Shown here: positions 38,732 through 49,205 of the stretch, in pieces | Position numbering within the stretch: position 1 is the first letter of the stretch | How the letters are laid out: each line of letters opens with the position of its first letter | Assembly (NCBI GenBank): GCA_965238275.1 | Contig: OZ250186.1 | Span: 1,088,001 to 1,152,000 of the forward strand | DNA length: 64,000 nt | Direction of reading: 5' to 3' | Source: Nitrosopumilus sp. | GTDB lineage: Archaea; Thermoproteota; Nitrososphaeria; Nitrososphaerales; Nitrosopumilaceae | The notes under the pieces: generated by a model | What the model was told of the DNA's origin: nothing | What the model saw: the letters and a program-made list of their open reading frames with translations, nothing else | Databases searched by the model: none | Program-made: the position numbers and the translations under genes

Positions 38732-41518
38732 CTACCCTATGTAGCTCGGCCTGTCTTTGTCCTTTTTTGCCGCCTGTTCCACTTTTGTCTCTGCATCTAC
38801 CTTTGTGGCTGCCTGTTTTTCGGCATCTGTCTGCTCCTTGAGCGCATTAAAGTAATCCTTCGAATCCTCGTAGTCTTTCTTCTTGGCGTCAATGCCGGCC
38901 TGCGTCATTTTGGACGCCTCCTTTCCAACTGGGTCGGAAAACTTTTCAAAACCAAAGCCCTTGGGTATTATGCCCTGCATCGTGGATGCGGCCCCGCCCG
39001 TGACTGCGCCAAACAGGAATGTCTTGATGATGTCCTTTGCCGACTGCTTGCCAGCATACAAATGCTCCGGCTTCTTTATCGTCTCGCCGGCCTTGTTCGT
39101 GACTTCATTTGGAAGAGCATCCCTATCGCTTTGTGAAATGGTCGTGTCTGCAGCTTTTGACTGCGACATGGTGCCGCCGGATGGGCCGGTACCTGATGAG
39201 CCGCCGGATGGGCCGGTACCTGATGAGCCGCCGGATGGGCCGGTACCTGATGAGCCGCCGGATGGGCCGGTACCTGATGAGCCGCCGGATGGTTTACCTG
39301 GAGGGCTGCTTGGCGGCGGGCTGCTTGGAGTGTTGCCGCCGGACTGACCAGCACCAGACGAGCCGTCACCCGGCCATGGTTTTGCCTTGTACGCGCCTGA
39401 CCCCCCGTACATAGGCATGTCGTCTATTTGCCTTTTCGTCTCGATTTCTTCCCATTTTTTCTTCGCCGTTACATCCATGTTTACATCGACCTGTTCTTCT
39501 GCAGCCTCGTTCTGTTCCTTCAACGCCTTGAAATATTTTGCAGAATCCTCATATTCCTGCTTCTCAACGTCAATGGTGTCATGGGTCAGGTTGGCGGCTT
39601 GTTTCCCGACTGGTTCGGTGAATTTCTCAAAACCAAAGCCCTTGGGTATTATGCCCTGCATCGTGGGCGCGGCCCCGCCTGCTATGGCGCCCATGAGGAA
39701 CGTCATGCCCATGTGCTTCTTTGTCGGCTTGTCTGTACGCAAATGCTCCGGCCGTTTTACCGTATTACCGGCCTTGTCCTTGACTTCCTTGGGGTATTGG
39801 CCTTCTTGCGCCGGTTCTTCCGGCTTTTCCATGCTGTCTTTTTTCTTGGCATTTTTGGATGTATCGTCTGCATTCTGCGCAAAGTCTGCGTCTGCAGCCC
39901 CTGACCGTGGCGGCCTGTTGTCAGTCGGCGGGTTTACGCCAAACCCTCCGCTAGGCTGCTGCTCGTTGTATCCTCCCGGCATGTCGCCAGCTCCTGCTTG
40001 GACCGTTCCGGGGATGCCTGGTGCTCCTGGCGGGGCTCCGGGCGGCGCATCCATAAATCCGGCATTTGCATTTACAGACCCGGGCGGCGCGCCGCCCGAC
40101 CCTGCGTTGGTGTCAAGTATTTGTTGGTTCCCGTGTCCGGAATCTTTGCCGGATCTGCTGCCCACAAGACTGGCTGTTTCGGTCGCGGTTGCCATGGTCT
40201 TGGCGCCAGTCGTGGCAATGCCAGTTAACGCCTTTCCTGCCGCCGCGGAAGCACCCGCGCCTCCCATGACCGCGCCTATCCCGCCTGTGGCCGCTGCCGC
40301 AGTCGCAGTTGCAGCCCCTATCATTGCCGTCTTTAGCGCGCCCATGACATTCTGTTTTGCATCCATGAAGAACCCGCCTGCAAGCACCGTGACTGCAGAC
40401 GAGCACAAAAAGCACACGCATACTGCCTGCAGCCAGCGCACCAGTTCATCCTCGTTCCTCGACGATGAAAGATACGCCAGGCCTATCGTAAACACGAGTG
40501 CCGAGAATATCGGGGCCAGCATCAAGCCCGACAACGTGCTCGTAATCTTTCTTGTCGCCTCGCCGAACTTTGGAATCAACGACAACGGGAGCATTATGGG
40601 CATCGCCATGACCGTCATCATGGTGGCCATTACGCGCACTATCCCAGACACCCACATCTCCATGGCAAGCAAAATCACCACGACCGCCTTGAAAATTCCT
40701 ATGAATGCGCCGGTCAGTATGTTGTTGACTGCCTTGGCGGGATCAAAGATAAAACCGACCATTGATTCCGGTTGCCAGACGGTGGGCGGGATTATGCTCC
40801 CGGCCTCCATGAACAACCACGCGCCGCGCAGTTGCGCGTGGCTCTTGAAGCCGTCTTGCGGCGCGCCGACAAATGCCGCGACCGCGCCCACGTCTATGTA
40901 CGGGTCAGATTCTGGCGGGAACGGCGCCATGAAAAACAGCGCAAGTTCCTCGATCATTATGGCAAGCGGATCCCAGACTGTCGGAAGAATCAGGATGAAT
41001 ATGATGTACGGGACTATTTTTTTGACGTTCTCGATTGCCTTGTTCTTGTCCGTAAGACCGGTGCCTTCCGCTACATACTGCGTTACCGCGATGCACATCA
41101 CGATCACCATTATGGATATGCCTATGCCTGCAAGCAACCAATAATACGCGATGAAGACGCTTGGCTTCAGCTGGCAGTTTGGATCCGATCTGGCCCCGGA
41201 GCCCTCGCAGCCAGGCGTGAACCAAACGCAGTCTGCGGCATTATAATTGCCGGTGCGCTCGCAGGCTATCGGTTCGTACGCGCGGCCGCCGTCTTCGGCA
41301 TAATCGTAGAACGTCGGCATCTCGGTAAGGATCTCCGGCAGCGCGAGTCCGGCCACGACCACAATGCCCTGGCTGATTATGATGATTGTGGCAATCACGG
41401 CAAGTATTATCGCAATTATCACTGGTGTGAATACGATGCCGCTCCGCTTTGCCATGCCTTGGAGGATGGTTTGGCATTTAAGGAGAAAATCCAGCCGGCG
41501 TGAGCGTACAGTAGCCAT
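38732..41518 (-). CDS. VirB6/TrbL-like polytopic membrane protein with a long low-complexity C-terminal tail
   Basis: Multiple TM helices (…MPIMLPLSLIPKF…GLMLAPIFSALV…) followed by an Ala/Gly-rich stretch; family assignment is inference; start uncertain. Confidence 0.7.
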   Translation of the reverse strand: MATVRSRRLDFLLKCQTILQGMAKRSGIVFTPVIIAIILAVIATIIIISQGIVVVAGLALPEILTEMPTFYDYAEDGGRAYEPIACERTGNYNAADCVWFTPGCEGSGARSDPNCQLKPSVFIAYYWLLAGIGISIMVIVMCIAVTQYVAEGTGLTDKNKAIENVKKIVPYIIFILILPTVWDPLAIMIEELALFFMAPFPPESDPYIDVGAVAAFVGAPQDGFKSHAQLRGAWLFMEAGSIIPPTVWQPESMVGFIFDPAKAVNNILTGAFIGIFKAVVVILLAMEMWVSGIVRVMATMMTVMAMPIMLPLSLIPKFGEATRKITSTLSGLMLAPIFSALVFTIGLAYLSSSRNEDELVRWLQAVCVCFLCSSAVTVLAGGFFMDAKQNVMGALKTAMIGAATATAAAATGGIGAVMGGAGASAAAGKALTGIATTGAKTMATATETASLVGSRSGKDSGHGNQQILDTNAGSGGAPPGSVNANAGFMDAPPGAPPGAPGIPGTVQAGAGDMPGGYNEQQPSGGFGVNPPTDNRPPRSGAADADFAQNADDTSKNAKKKDSMEKPEEPAQEGQYPKEVKDKAGNTVKRPEHLRTDKPTKKHMGMTFLMGAIAGGAAPTMQGIIPKGFGFEKFTEPVGKQAANLTHDTIDVEKQEYEDSAKYFKALKEQNEAAEEQVDVNMDVTAKKKWEEIETKRQIDDMPMYGGSGAYKAKPWPGDGSSGAGQSGGNTPSSPPPSSPPGKPSGGSSGTGPSGGSSGTGPSGGSSGTGPSGGSSGTGPSGGTMSQSKAADTTISQSDRDALPNEVTNKAGETIKKPEHLYAGKQSAKDIIKTFLFGAVTGGAASTMQGIIPKGFGFEKFSDPVGKEASKMTQAGIDAKKKDYEDSKDYFNALKEQTDAEKQAATKVDAETKVEQAAKKDKDRPSYIG
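39173..39292 (-). repeat. Four 27-bp tandem repeats (PSGGSSGTG)
   Basis: GCCGCCGGATGGGCCGGTACCTGATGA repeated. Confidence 0.9.
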
Positions 41519-41537
41519 GTCCTGCTTCTTGACTGGG

Positions 41538-42173
41538 TTAGTCAACAATCAGGTAGGTGCGGAGGGCGTACTGCGCAAGCGCGGCGGCAACGACCATCTT
41601 GTCCTTGCCGTTGCCGCGTTCTGTCTGGAATGACGCCTCGGCGTTCTTGACGCGTTCGACGTATTCGGGAATCGACATGTAATAATCCACGGCCTTTTGC
41701 TCGGCTTTGACAATGGTCGGAATGCCAAATCCCGGAGACCTCCTGATGGAATTGTACAGCATGAGAAACATCGCCGAGTCGTCGTGCAGCATGCGCAGCG
41801 TGTTCACGGTTGGCTTGTAAGGCGCCAAGCCCAACAAGCCCTGGTGGCAATAAAAAAAACCAAAGTCATTGCCTACTGGACTCATGGAGTACTCGTAGTC
41901 CTTTTTCCCATGCCAGCAGCAATCCAGACGGATGAATCCCGCCAAATTTACCCCGGCGTCGCCGATGGCCTTGATGGCGTGCTTGATGCAATTTATCCTA
42001 GAATGCGCGTGCAGCGTGTCTGAGACGCGCCCATCGTCTGCGTTTGCCGTGTTGATCATCATCGATACGGTATCTGTCATGTTGGCGCCTATCGCGCCCC
42101 AGTCGGTCTGTTCGTCCCGGTTCCGGTAGTTTTTGTAGTTGTCGGTTGCCAATGGCTGCGTGCTGACGCGCAC
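41538..42173 (-). CDS. Hypothetical protein directly upstream of the VirB6-like gene (probable GTG start)
   Basis: Coding-like frame; TATATAA at about 42190-42196 could be its TATA box. Confidence 0.6.
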   Translation of the reverse strand: MRVSTQPLATDNYKNYRNRDEQTDWGAIGANMTDTVSMMINTANADDGRVSDTLHAHSRINCIKHAIKAIGDAGVNLAGFIRLDCCWHGKKDYEYSMSPVGNDFGFFYCHQGLLGLAPYKPTVNTLRMLHDDSAMFLMLYNSIRRSPGFGIPTIVKAEQKAVDYYMSIPEYVERVKNAEASFQTERGNGKDKMVVAAALAQYALRTYLIVD

Positions 42174-42185
42174 CTTGTATGTCAG

Positions 42186-42370
42186 GGAATTATATACAAT
42201 AGTAAACAGCAGCCGCCGAAGGCGGCCCATGTCTACTCTTGTTTTTTTCTGAAGGCAATGAAGCACTTTGATTGGCTCTCTCGTGCACGGTGATTTCCCG
42301 CATATACGCGCGGGGCACCGCGTGCTCCTTTTTCCTCCTAACGACGACCTTCCCGGCCGCCTTTGCGCCG
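42186..42370 (-). ncRNA. Predicted omegaRNA overlapping the tnpB 3' end; element right end probably GTTTAC at 42202
   Basis: Hairpin GCCGCC-TTC-GGCGGC just before GTTTAC; position inferred from known TnpB architecture; 5' boundary approximate. Confidence 0.55.
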
Positions 42371-43545
42371 CGCGCGGATATGTTGACCGCCGCGTTTATG
42401 TCCGCGTGGTCTTCATGCCCGCATCTTGCGCAGATAAATATTGATTGCGAGCGCCTGGAATTCCTGTCCGAATGCCCGCATTCGGCGCACGTCGTGCTGG
42501 TGTAGTGCGGCTTTACCCTGTGGAATTCCTTGCCGTGCTTTTTTGCAAACCACTCTATATACGACAGCACCTCCCCGAGCGCGGCGTGCATTATTGTCCG
42601 GTTCAAACCCGTCTTGCCCCTGCCCTTCCGTGCCATCTGTCTCGGGTGGAGGTTCTCGACTGCTATTATTTCCGCGCATGCAAGGTTTTCCTTGACTGAC
42701 TTTCTCATGAAATCCGTCCGGCGGTTGGTTGTCTTGGCGTTCTTTTTCCGGATGCGCTCCTGCTCCTTCTTCCACGAGTTGCTTCCTTTCTTGCGTTTTG
42801 ACTGCGCTGACTTTCTCATGTCTGTCTCGTCTCCCTTGTACCGCATGGCGTTCTCCGGGAGAGTCAGCAGGACAGATTTACCGTCGTTCAGGTTGTGCAT
42901 CGCCATCATGTTGACTGCGCCCACATCTATGCCGATAATGTCGCCATCGCCGTCGCGTTTTGGCTTATCCGCGTGTATTTGGACGTGCAGTTCATACGTA
43001 CGGTCCTCTGGCTTTGTATTCCTGGTGATTTTTTTGGTGGTCTCGATTATCTGGAACGACTTGATTAGGCTGCGTTCAATCTCGGTGCTTTTGGGCACGA
43101 TGCTGCAGACGCCACCCAGATTCCAGGAGCCGTCCTTGTTGCCTGCAGGCCTTCCATAGCACCCGATTGCCGGCTGTCGTCGTTGCACGCCCACGCGTTT
43201 TTTCCTGAACAAGCTGTCCGGTGACGTGTATTTGCGCTTGCGTTTTGGCCTCCATCGCTTCCCTATGTTTGATGCGCGGAACGCCTCGACTGCCTTCCGA
43301 CCGCCGTCGATCGCGTGCCTGTGGGCATCCAGATTGACATCCAGCCAGCCGTGTTCTGCCCGCTTTTTCGTGAGGATGTTGTACAGGCCAAACCTTCCAA
43401 GATTGTTATCCAGTGCCTGCCGAACGCCTTCATTGTAGCACCAGTTTATCTGCGGACGAACATTCCAGATGAGGCGCGATGCCTCCCGGGATTGGTAAAA
43501 TGGAACGGTGAATGTCTGCGTGGTGTATGAAAGTTCTTGCTTCAT
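42190..43545 (-). CDS. tnpB: RNA-guided endonuclease TnpB, standalone (IS1341-like), catalytic residues intact
   Basis: IGIDVG, AVENL, YTSTTCAECG, FICARCG and HADINAAVNI motifs; no tnpA adjacent. Confidence 0.93.
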   Translation of the reverse strand: MKQELSYTTQTFTVPFYQSREASRLIWNVRPQINWCYNEGVRQALDNNLGRFGLYNILTKKRAEHGWLDVNLDAHRHAIDGGRKAVEAFRASNIGKRWRPKRKRKYTSPDSLFRKKRVGVQRRQPAIGCYGRPAGNKDGSWNLGGVCSIVPKSTEIERSLIKSFQIIETTKKITRNTKPEDRTYELHVQIHADKPKRDGDGDIIGIDVGAVNMMAMHNLNDGKSVLLTLPENAMRYKGDETDMRKSAQSKRKKGSNSWKKEQERIRKKNAKTTNRRTDFMRKSVKENLACAEIIAVENLHPRQMARKGRGKTGLNRTIMHAALGEVLSYIEWFAKKHGKEFHRVKPHYTSTTCAECGHSDRNSRRSQSIFICARCGHEDHADINAAVNISARGAKAAGKVVVRRKKEHAVPRAYMREITVHERANQSASLPSEKNKSRHGPPSAAAVYYCI

Positions 43546-43749
43546 TGGTATGGTACTATACGGTACCGTGCGTTAAAAGGGTGTACTATGTCTGCTCAAG
43601 TATGTAATTCCCGTGCAATACGATGCTGTCTTGAAAAGCCTTACGTGATAAGGATTGGATTCATGTCTGCGCAGTGCCTGTCTGCCCACAACATTTTGGC
43701 GAGCATTGGCTTTCCAACAATCACTCCTTGGGAACAGCCAGAATTGATC

Positions 43750-43944
43750 TTATCTGTATCTGACGGCCACGTATGGCGGCGCAGCCGTTATCTCGGCTGC
43801 CGTATGCCTGTGTTTGGAGAACCAACAGCTGCCGCACACTGGCTTCTCGCAGATTGCGCAGGTCTCGTGGCAATGGTGGCAGAGATCCGCGTTGCAGCTG
43901 CCGCACACGCATTTGGCTTCCTCATGGCACTTCTTGCAATCCAT
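43750..43944 (-). CDS. Cys/His-rich microprotein
   Basis: CKKC, CVCGSC, CHHC, CAIC and CGSC in 64 aa. Confidence 0.65.
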   Translation of the reverse strand: MDCKKCHEEAKCVCGSCNADLCHHCHETCAICEKPVCGSCWFSKHRHTAAEITAAPPYVAVRYR

Positions 43945-43979
43945 CACTTGAGCGTGTAACCAATCATGTAAAAGGGGGT

Positions 43980-44180
43980 TTATCCTATGTCCTTTTTGCA
44001 GGCACTGCAGCGCCACGTTATCCTTTCTATTACCAGCGAGCCGTCGCATTTGTCGCAATCACGGAACCCGTCGCCCCGTTCGTAGCCAAATCCCTCGTCA
44101 ACTTCGTCGCCTTCTTGTCCGCACGTATCGCACTTGAAGTACAAACACTTGTAATACTCGTCATGAGTGCATTCTCCCAT
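43980..44180 (-). CDS. Zinc-ribbon microprotein
   Basis: CTH, CDTC, CDKC and CSAC; CTTATA upstream. Confidence 0.65.
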   Translation of the reverse strand: MGECTHDEYYKCLYFKCDTCGQEGDEVDEGFGYERGDGFRDCDKCDGSLVIERITWRCSACKKDIG

Positions 44181-44226
44181 GATCACGTTCCTGAAAAACG
44201 GTATAAGGGGTTGGCACGGTGGTCAG

Positions 44227-44505
44227 TCAAGCCTCAAGCAGCCGCACGTGGAAGCCGTTGTTTTCAAGCGACAGCAGGCGCTTCTTGTACTTGTCAAACT
44301 CGGCGTACGTCATGATTATGTCGTGCCGCTTGTTCTTTTGCTGGCTGTGCATCAGCCTGCCTGACAACTGCATTTCTTCTTGGCGTGAGCCGTAATGGAA
44401 GTCAACCTCGATGATGCGGTCCAAGTCCTCGATGTGCAGTCCTTCGGTGAACACGGATGATGCAACGAACGAGTGGTTCTCGCGCATCACGTCCAGCGCG
44501 GCCCA
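44227..44505 (-). pseudogene. C-terminal fragment of an XPB/Rad25-like SF2 helicase
   Basis: SSVFTEGLHI...GSRQEEMQLSGRLMH (helicase motifs V and VI). Confidence 0.7.
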
Positions 44506-44673
44506 GATTCCGGTATTGTCTAGGCACAAACACGTACTGTTTTACGGATATTCACGCCTGAGTTTGAGAGGGACCTGAGCCTGTACCACCCGAACTTGTG
44601 AGAGTATTTATAGTTGGATCCGGTCAGTTCAATACATGCATTCACCAATTTGTTGCTTTATCATTTGATGATG

Positions 44674-45063
44674 CTATTTGCCTTGCACCAATACTGTGTT
44701 CGAGTTACTGATATCAAATCGCAACATGTTGTTTTCTATCTCATGTGGTATTTCATTATCATCCACCAATACAACTAAAGTTGTTACGTTCTCATTCGGG
44801 AATGATTCTTGAAACAAAAACAAAGGATTGTCCATCAGTACATACCCAACAGAGGTTTCACTGACCGTAAGTAACATAGAAGGTGTATCGTCTAGTATGG
44901 TAATGGCATACACATCGACATCAGATTGTAACACGAATTCATCATAAAATTCTAAAATTTTGGGATCTATGTTGGTATGAGAAACATCGACACTCAAAAA
45001 GTCAACAATGAACAAACTTGACAATCCAATACCGATTATGATTGGTAAGAAAAAAAGATTCAT
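44674..45063 (-). CDS. Membrane-anchored hypothetical protein, AT-rich
   Basis: N-terminal hydrophobic helix; VVLVDDNEI; clearly lower GC. Confidence 0.7.
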   Translation of the reverse strand: MNLFFLPIIIGIGLSSLFIVDFLSVDVSHTNIDPKILEFYDEFVLQSDVDVYAITILDDTPSMLLTVSETSVGYVLMDNPLFLFQESFPNENVTTLVVLVDDNEIPHEIENNMLRFDISNSNTVLVQGK

Positions 45064-45123
45064 GCTAGTTTAAATGTTAGTTTAGTAAATAAAAAAGTTA
45101 GCGGTGTAAATTTATGGTGCCGG

Positions 45124-47524
45124 TTAGTATTTCCAGTGTACTTGCAGTATCAGCATATCTGGCATGTCAATGTCGTATTCAGAATGTGAGTCTATGTGAA
45201 AATTGTATGTGTCATATTCAGACCAGTCGCCTTGTGAGGCCTTGACAAGAACTCGATCAAATGCGTTTGGGAATAGGCACCAATCAAGATAATAGTATTG
45301 CCCTGAAAACGAATACCATCTCAATCCAGACGAACCATTAGACATGAAATCAGTGTATCAGTCGTTTCCGCATTGAGAATACTCATCATCGCCGAATTCA
45401 TTGTTCGAATTCACAACTGGATTTACCCAAGTGTGCACGATTGTAGTCGGGGTGCCCGGTAGTACTAGACCATCTGCTTGTATTTGAGAACCGATCCTAG
45501 TCTGTCCATTTGTTTGTGTTCCATCGCTATTGTTTTCCCTGCCAATTTTTTTCGTTTCGTTTAGCATAGTGTTGTGAACTTCATATATATCAGTCTGTGA
45601 ATCGTATTTGGCTTTGAATTCTATATCGTAGTCTCCAATTTCATTAGATTGTTTGTCATAAACTTGTATGTTCAAGACCACGTGTTTTGTTTGATCGTTA
45701 TGCTCAACGACGATGTACTTCCACAATTCGGTATGTTCACCATTAATTTTTTGCGCCTCCCATGTGGTATGGACTCAGGTCCGTGCCTAGATTTTAATCG
45801 CTTGTGCATCAAATTAGACCATGCCGATTTATTGATCTCGGAATCCGCGAACCCACGTGAGCAAATCAGAGATATCGCTCCTACGCAGGGAGCTGGCAAG
45901 GGTAGTGACGGAGTTCGAGAAGTTTAAGAAAACGATGTACAAGACAAATGCCGAACTCACCAAGAAGGTGACGCTGCTCGAGATTGAAAACGACCGCCTG
46001 ACCCTGGAAAACGCGGGGTACCGCAGGAGGCTCCGCAAATACGAAAACCCCAACATGTCCTCGTCCACATATTCGTTGTACAACTCGGACCGCACGGCAT
46101 TCAGGAAGCGGATGGACATGGAGGCCAAGATGGAGTCCGATGGCAGCGGGCCCAAGGAAGGAGAAAAGTCCGAATCGGAAGGCGGACCTGAATCAGAAGG
46201 CGAAGGCGCCGGAGACAAGACCCGCAAGGGACCGCCGGCAGGACACGCCGGCGCCTCGCACAAGAACAAGGCCGAGAGGACCGAGAGTCTGCCAGTGTGC
46301 AGGTGCGAAAAGTGCGGACGCGGACACCTGGTCCGGATGCCGTCCATTGTCAAGATGGTGTATGATTTTCCCGACGACGGCGCCATGAGGATCGAGCGCG
46401 TCGCGTACCTGGTGGGACAGGGGTTGTGCAAGAGGTGCAATCACGTCAGCTCTGCCGTGCCTCCCACGATCCCCGGCACGTCGCTTGGCCCCAAGGCCCT
46501 GGGGTTTGTGGAGGAGTACTACGACAAGAGGAGCACGGACTACACCGTATCATACTATTTCAAGGCGCTGTACGGGTTTGGCATATCGCCAAACGCCATA
46601 TGGAACGCGCGCAAGGCCCTCAAAAAGATCCTCAAGGGCGCGTACGAGGGCATACTGGCCCACATCGCCGAGGCCGCGTTCGTGCAGTTTGACGAGTCCC
46701 ACATGAAGATGAACGGGAAGAAGGGGTACGTGTGGCTGGTCACCGCCGGGGACGCCACGTATCTGGTGGCCGCCCCGAGCAGGGCGGCCCTCGTGATAAA
46801 CGCGCATTTTGCCCGGCTGCTTGGCAAGCCGGTGGTGGTGGATGGGTACACCGTCTACAACATGTTCCCAGTCAAGCAGAGGTGCTGGGTGCACCTGCTG
46901 CGCGCCGCAGAAGAGTACGCCATCAAGAACGGCGGCAACGATCTTGCCTGCTACCGCAGGCTGCTTGCCCTGTACCGGTCAGTCAAGGACAGGGAGTCTG
47001 CCGGATCCGGCGAGTGCCTGGACCTGGAAAGGACGGTGCTCCAAATCGCCTCGGACTACGGGGAGTCCCACGACTTCCGCACGACGCTTGAGAACGCGGC
47101 CCCGTGCATGTTCACGTTCCTCAGGCATCCGGGCATGCCGCCGCATAACAACGCAGCAGAGCTTGAGATACGCGACACTGCGGTGCTGCACGGGAACGTG
47201 CGGCACCAGCTGTCCGAACCCGAGGGGCGGGAGGTCTTCTCGGTGCTGATATCAGTGGCGCGCACCTGCCACAAGCAGGGCATCTTCCCGCGCCAAGCAG
47301 TCGAGAACATCATCATGGATCCTGGCTGGAGCATATTCAAGCCACCCGAACAATATCAGAAGGTTTCTGTACCCGCAGTGGCAGCGTAGCGCAGTTTGGC
47401 GACCTGAGTCCATACCCCATGTGCCGGTTTCTGACAACGCTTTATTCAAAAAGTTATATTTCTCGTTGTCGTTTTCAGTAGGAACCACATCTGTATACCC
47501 AGAGCTCGTTCCAATCAGAGGAAG
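45124..47524 (-). pseudogene. AT-rich gene disrupted by an in-frame TGA (45358), an IS66 and an IS630
   Basis: ...KALSETGTW joins EAQKINGEHTELWKYIVV after IS removal; CGND*YTDFMSNG continues in frame. Confidence 0.7.
45767..47415 (+). mobile_element. IS66-family single-ORF element; transposase 45857-47389
   Basis: 15-bp TIR GTATGGACTCAGGTC; 8-bp TSD CCCATGTG; FDESH, VDGY, QRCWVHLLR and HNNAAELEIR motifs. Confidence 0.93.
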
Positions 47525-48800
47525 TATACCAGCAATGAAAAATTCATATCAAAATCGCTCATAAATTTTTGATGCAACAGCCGTCTCTGGAAATTACGAG
47601 GTGCGTTGAATTCCCAAATGACGGGAAAAGACGCCCCGAACATTAGACATTGCATGCTCTGGTGCGCCGTGCATGGCACACGCTAGGCGGCGTGGGTCCG
47701 GTGCGGTTTGATGTCGTTCTAGATGGCCCTGTACAGAAAGTTTTCAACGACCAGATTCGGTTTTTTGTACCTCGTGTACCTGGTGATCGCCTCGCGGAGC
47801 ATGCTCAGGCTGGTGTACGGCACGTCAAGCACTGCCCGCTTGAGATCCCTCCAGTACGTCTCTATGGCGCTCAGGTCCGGGGTTGCAGTTGGCAGGAAGA
47901 CTATCTCCAGGCCGTCTGTGCCATCAAGCAGTTTGCGTATGTTTGATGCCCTGTGCTGGGAGGCCTTGTCCATGATCAGGCAGATCTTCTTGAACCTGTA
48001 CATCGCCTGCCTTAGAAAGTCCTCAAAGGTGTCCTTGGTAAACGCGTCGTACTGCCGGAACATGCCCCTGCCGTCCGTGGTGATTAGTCCATGGATTATC
48101 GTCTTGGAGTGTGAGCCGGTGTACGTGAAAAACGCCCGTATTCCCTTCCTGGTGTAGCCGCGTCTTCGCAGCCGCGCATCGGAGATTACTATGGACTCGT
48201 CCTGTATCGCTACGACTGTTCCTTCACTGTTCTTTTTTTTATAAGCTCTGGCATCTCTTTTTGGAATTTCCTGATCTCCTCGTCAGGCGCCCTTCTTGCA
48301 TGTTTTCCTACGGGAACCTTCTGGGAGTAGCCCCAGCTCCGCAGCATGTACCGCACGTGCGTGAGGTTGTACTTTACCCCCGTCTTCTGCCTGATGTATT
48401 CCCGCATCTCCCTGCCCGTCCAGATCAGCTTACTGCGCGCGTTTTTCCGAATCCGCCCCATGTCTGTCCTGCTTACCTTGGTCGGCCTGCCGGAGCGCGG
48501 AAGGTTTCCCAGCCTGTCAAAGCCGACTTCCCGATAGCGTTTGTGCCACTTGCAGCCCCATGCCGGCGACTTGCCAAGGGATTTTGCAGCATCGCTCATG
48601 GTTGCTCCATCGCGCTTGATCATGATTATCAGCATCATGCGATCCTTGACATTGCAGTCTTTCTCAGCGGCGTATCTTTTCAACATCGTCTTGATCTTCA
48701 TTGACTATGTGATTCGGGATGAGCATAACACTGCATGCGAAAAAAATCTTTTACAACCGTATGAAATATTTTTATTCACGGATTTATGTTCCGCGGTATA
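47525..48800 (-). mobile_element. IS630-family element; transposase 48701-47719 via -1 frameshift at A8 (48233-48240)
   Basis: The 3' two-thirds are nearly identical to 11316-12117; TA-flanked ends. Confidence 0.9.
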
Positions 48801-48899
48801 CTTATGGGATTGCACATACAGAACCAGATTGCACAAGGTTCCACAGACCAACGGAAAGGCTGGAGCGGTTAAGTCATACAAAATCAGGGTTAAAGACAT

Positions 48900-49205
48900 A
48901 TGTCGTCAACACCCACCTACCCCAAGGGGCGAACGCACGTTGAGTTCTCCATAAACTCCGTGGATGACTACAACGGGGAGGAGCAGACCTTCACTGACCA
49001 TAGTAAGCTGGAAATCAGATTCCGCAAGCCGGACGGGACGACTATAACCAAGTCCGCACTGGAGCGTAACGACGGCAAGGAGATCTACCATCTAGACACG
49101 GAGGGAATCTTTGATCATACCGGGTTCTGGGAATACGACGGTCGGGTTACATATTCGAACGGCCGCGTGTGGATCAGCAAGCGCAAGTCGTTCAATGTCG
49201 TCTAG
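48900..49205 (+). CDS. BppU N-terminal-like Ig-fold protein (virus-related)
   Basis: FRKPDGT...IYH...DHTGFWEYDGRV...S...FNV pattern; inference. Confidence 0.55.
   Translation: MSSTPTYPKGRTHVEFSINSVDDYNGEEQTFTDHSKLEIRFRKPDGTTITKSALERNDGKEIYHLDTEGIFDHTGFWEYDGRVTYSNGRVWISKRKSFNVV

Noticed and set aside
39173-39292. 27-bp tandem repeats as CRISPR repeats or iterons
   Set aside because: No spacers; they encode a Gly/Ser linker.
39387-41144. 585-aa plus-strand ORF
   Set aside because: Antisense shadow of the VirB6-like gene; similar shadows overlie the transposases and helicases.
45358-45360. In-frame TGA as selenocysteine or recoding
   Set aside because: The gene is also IS-disrupted and no supporting signal is visible; a simple nonsense mutation is more likely.
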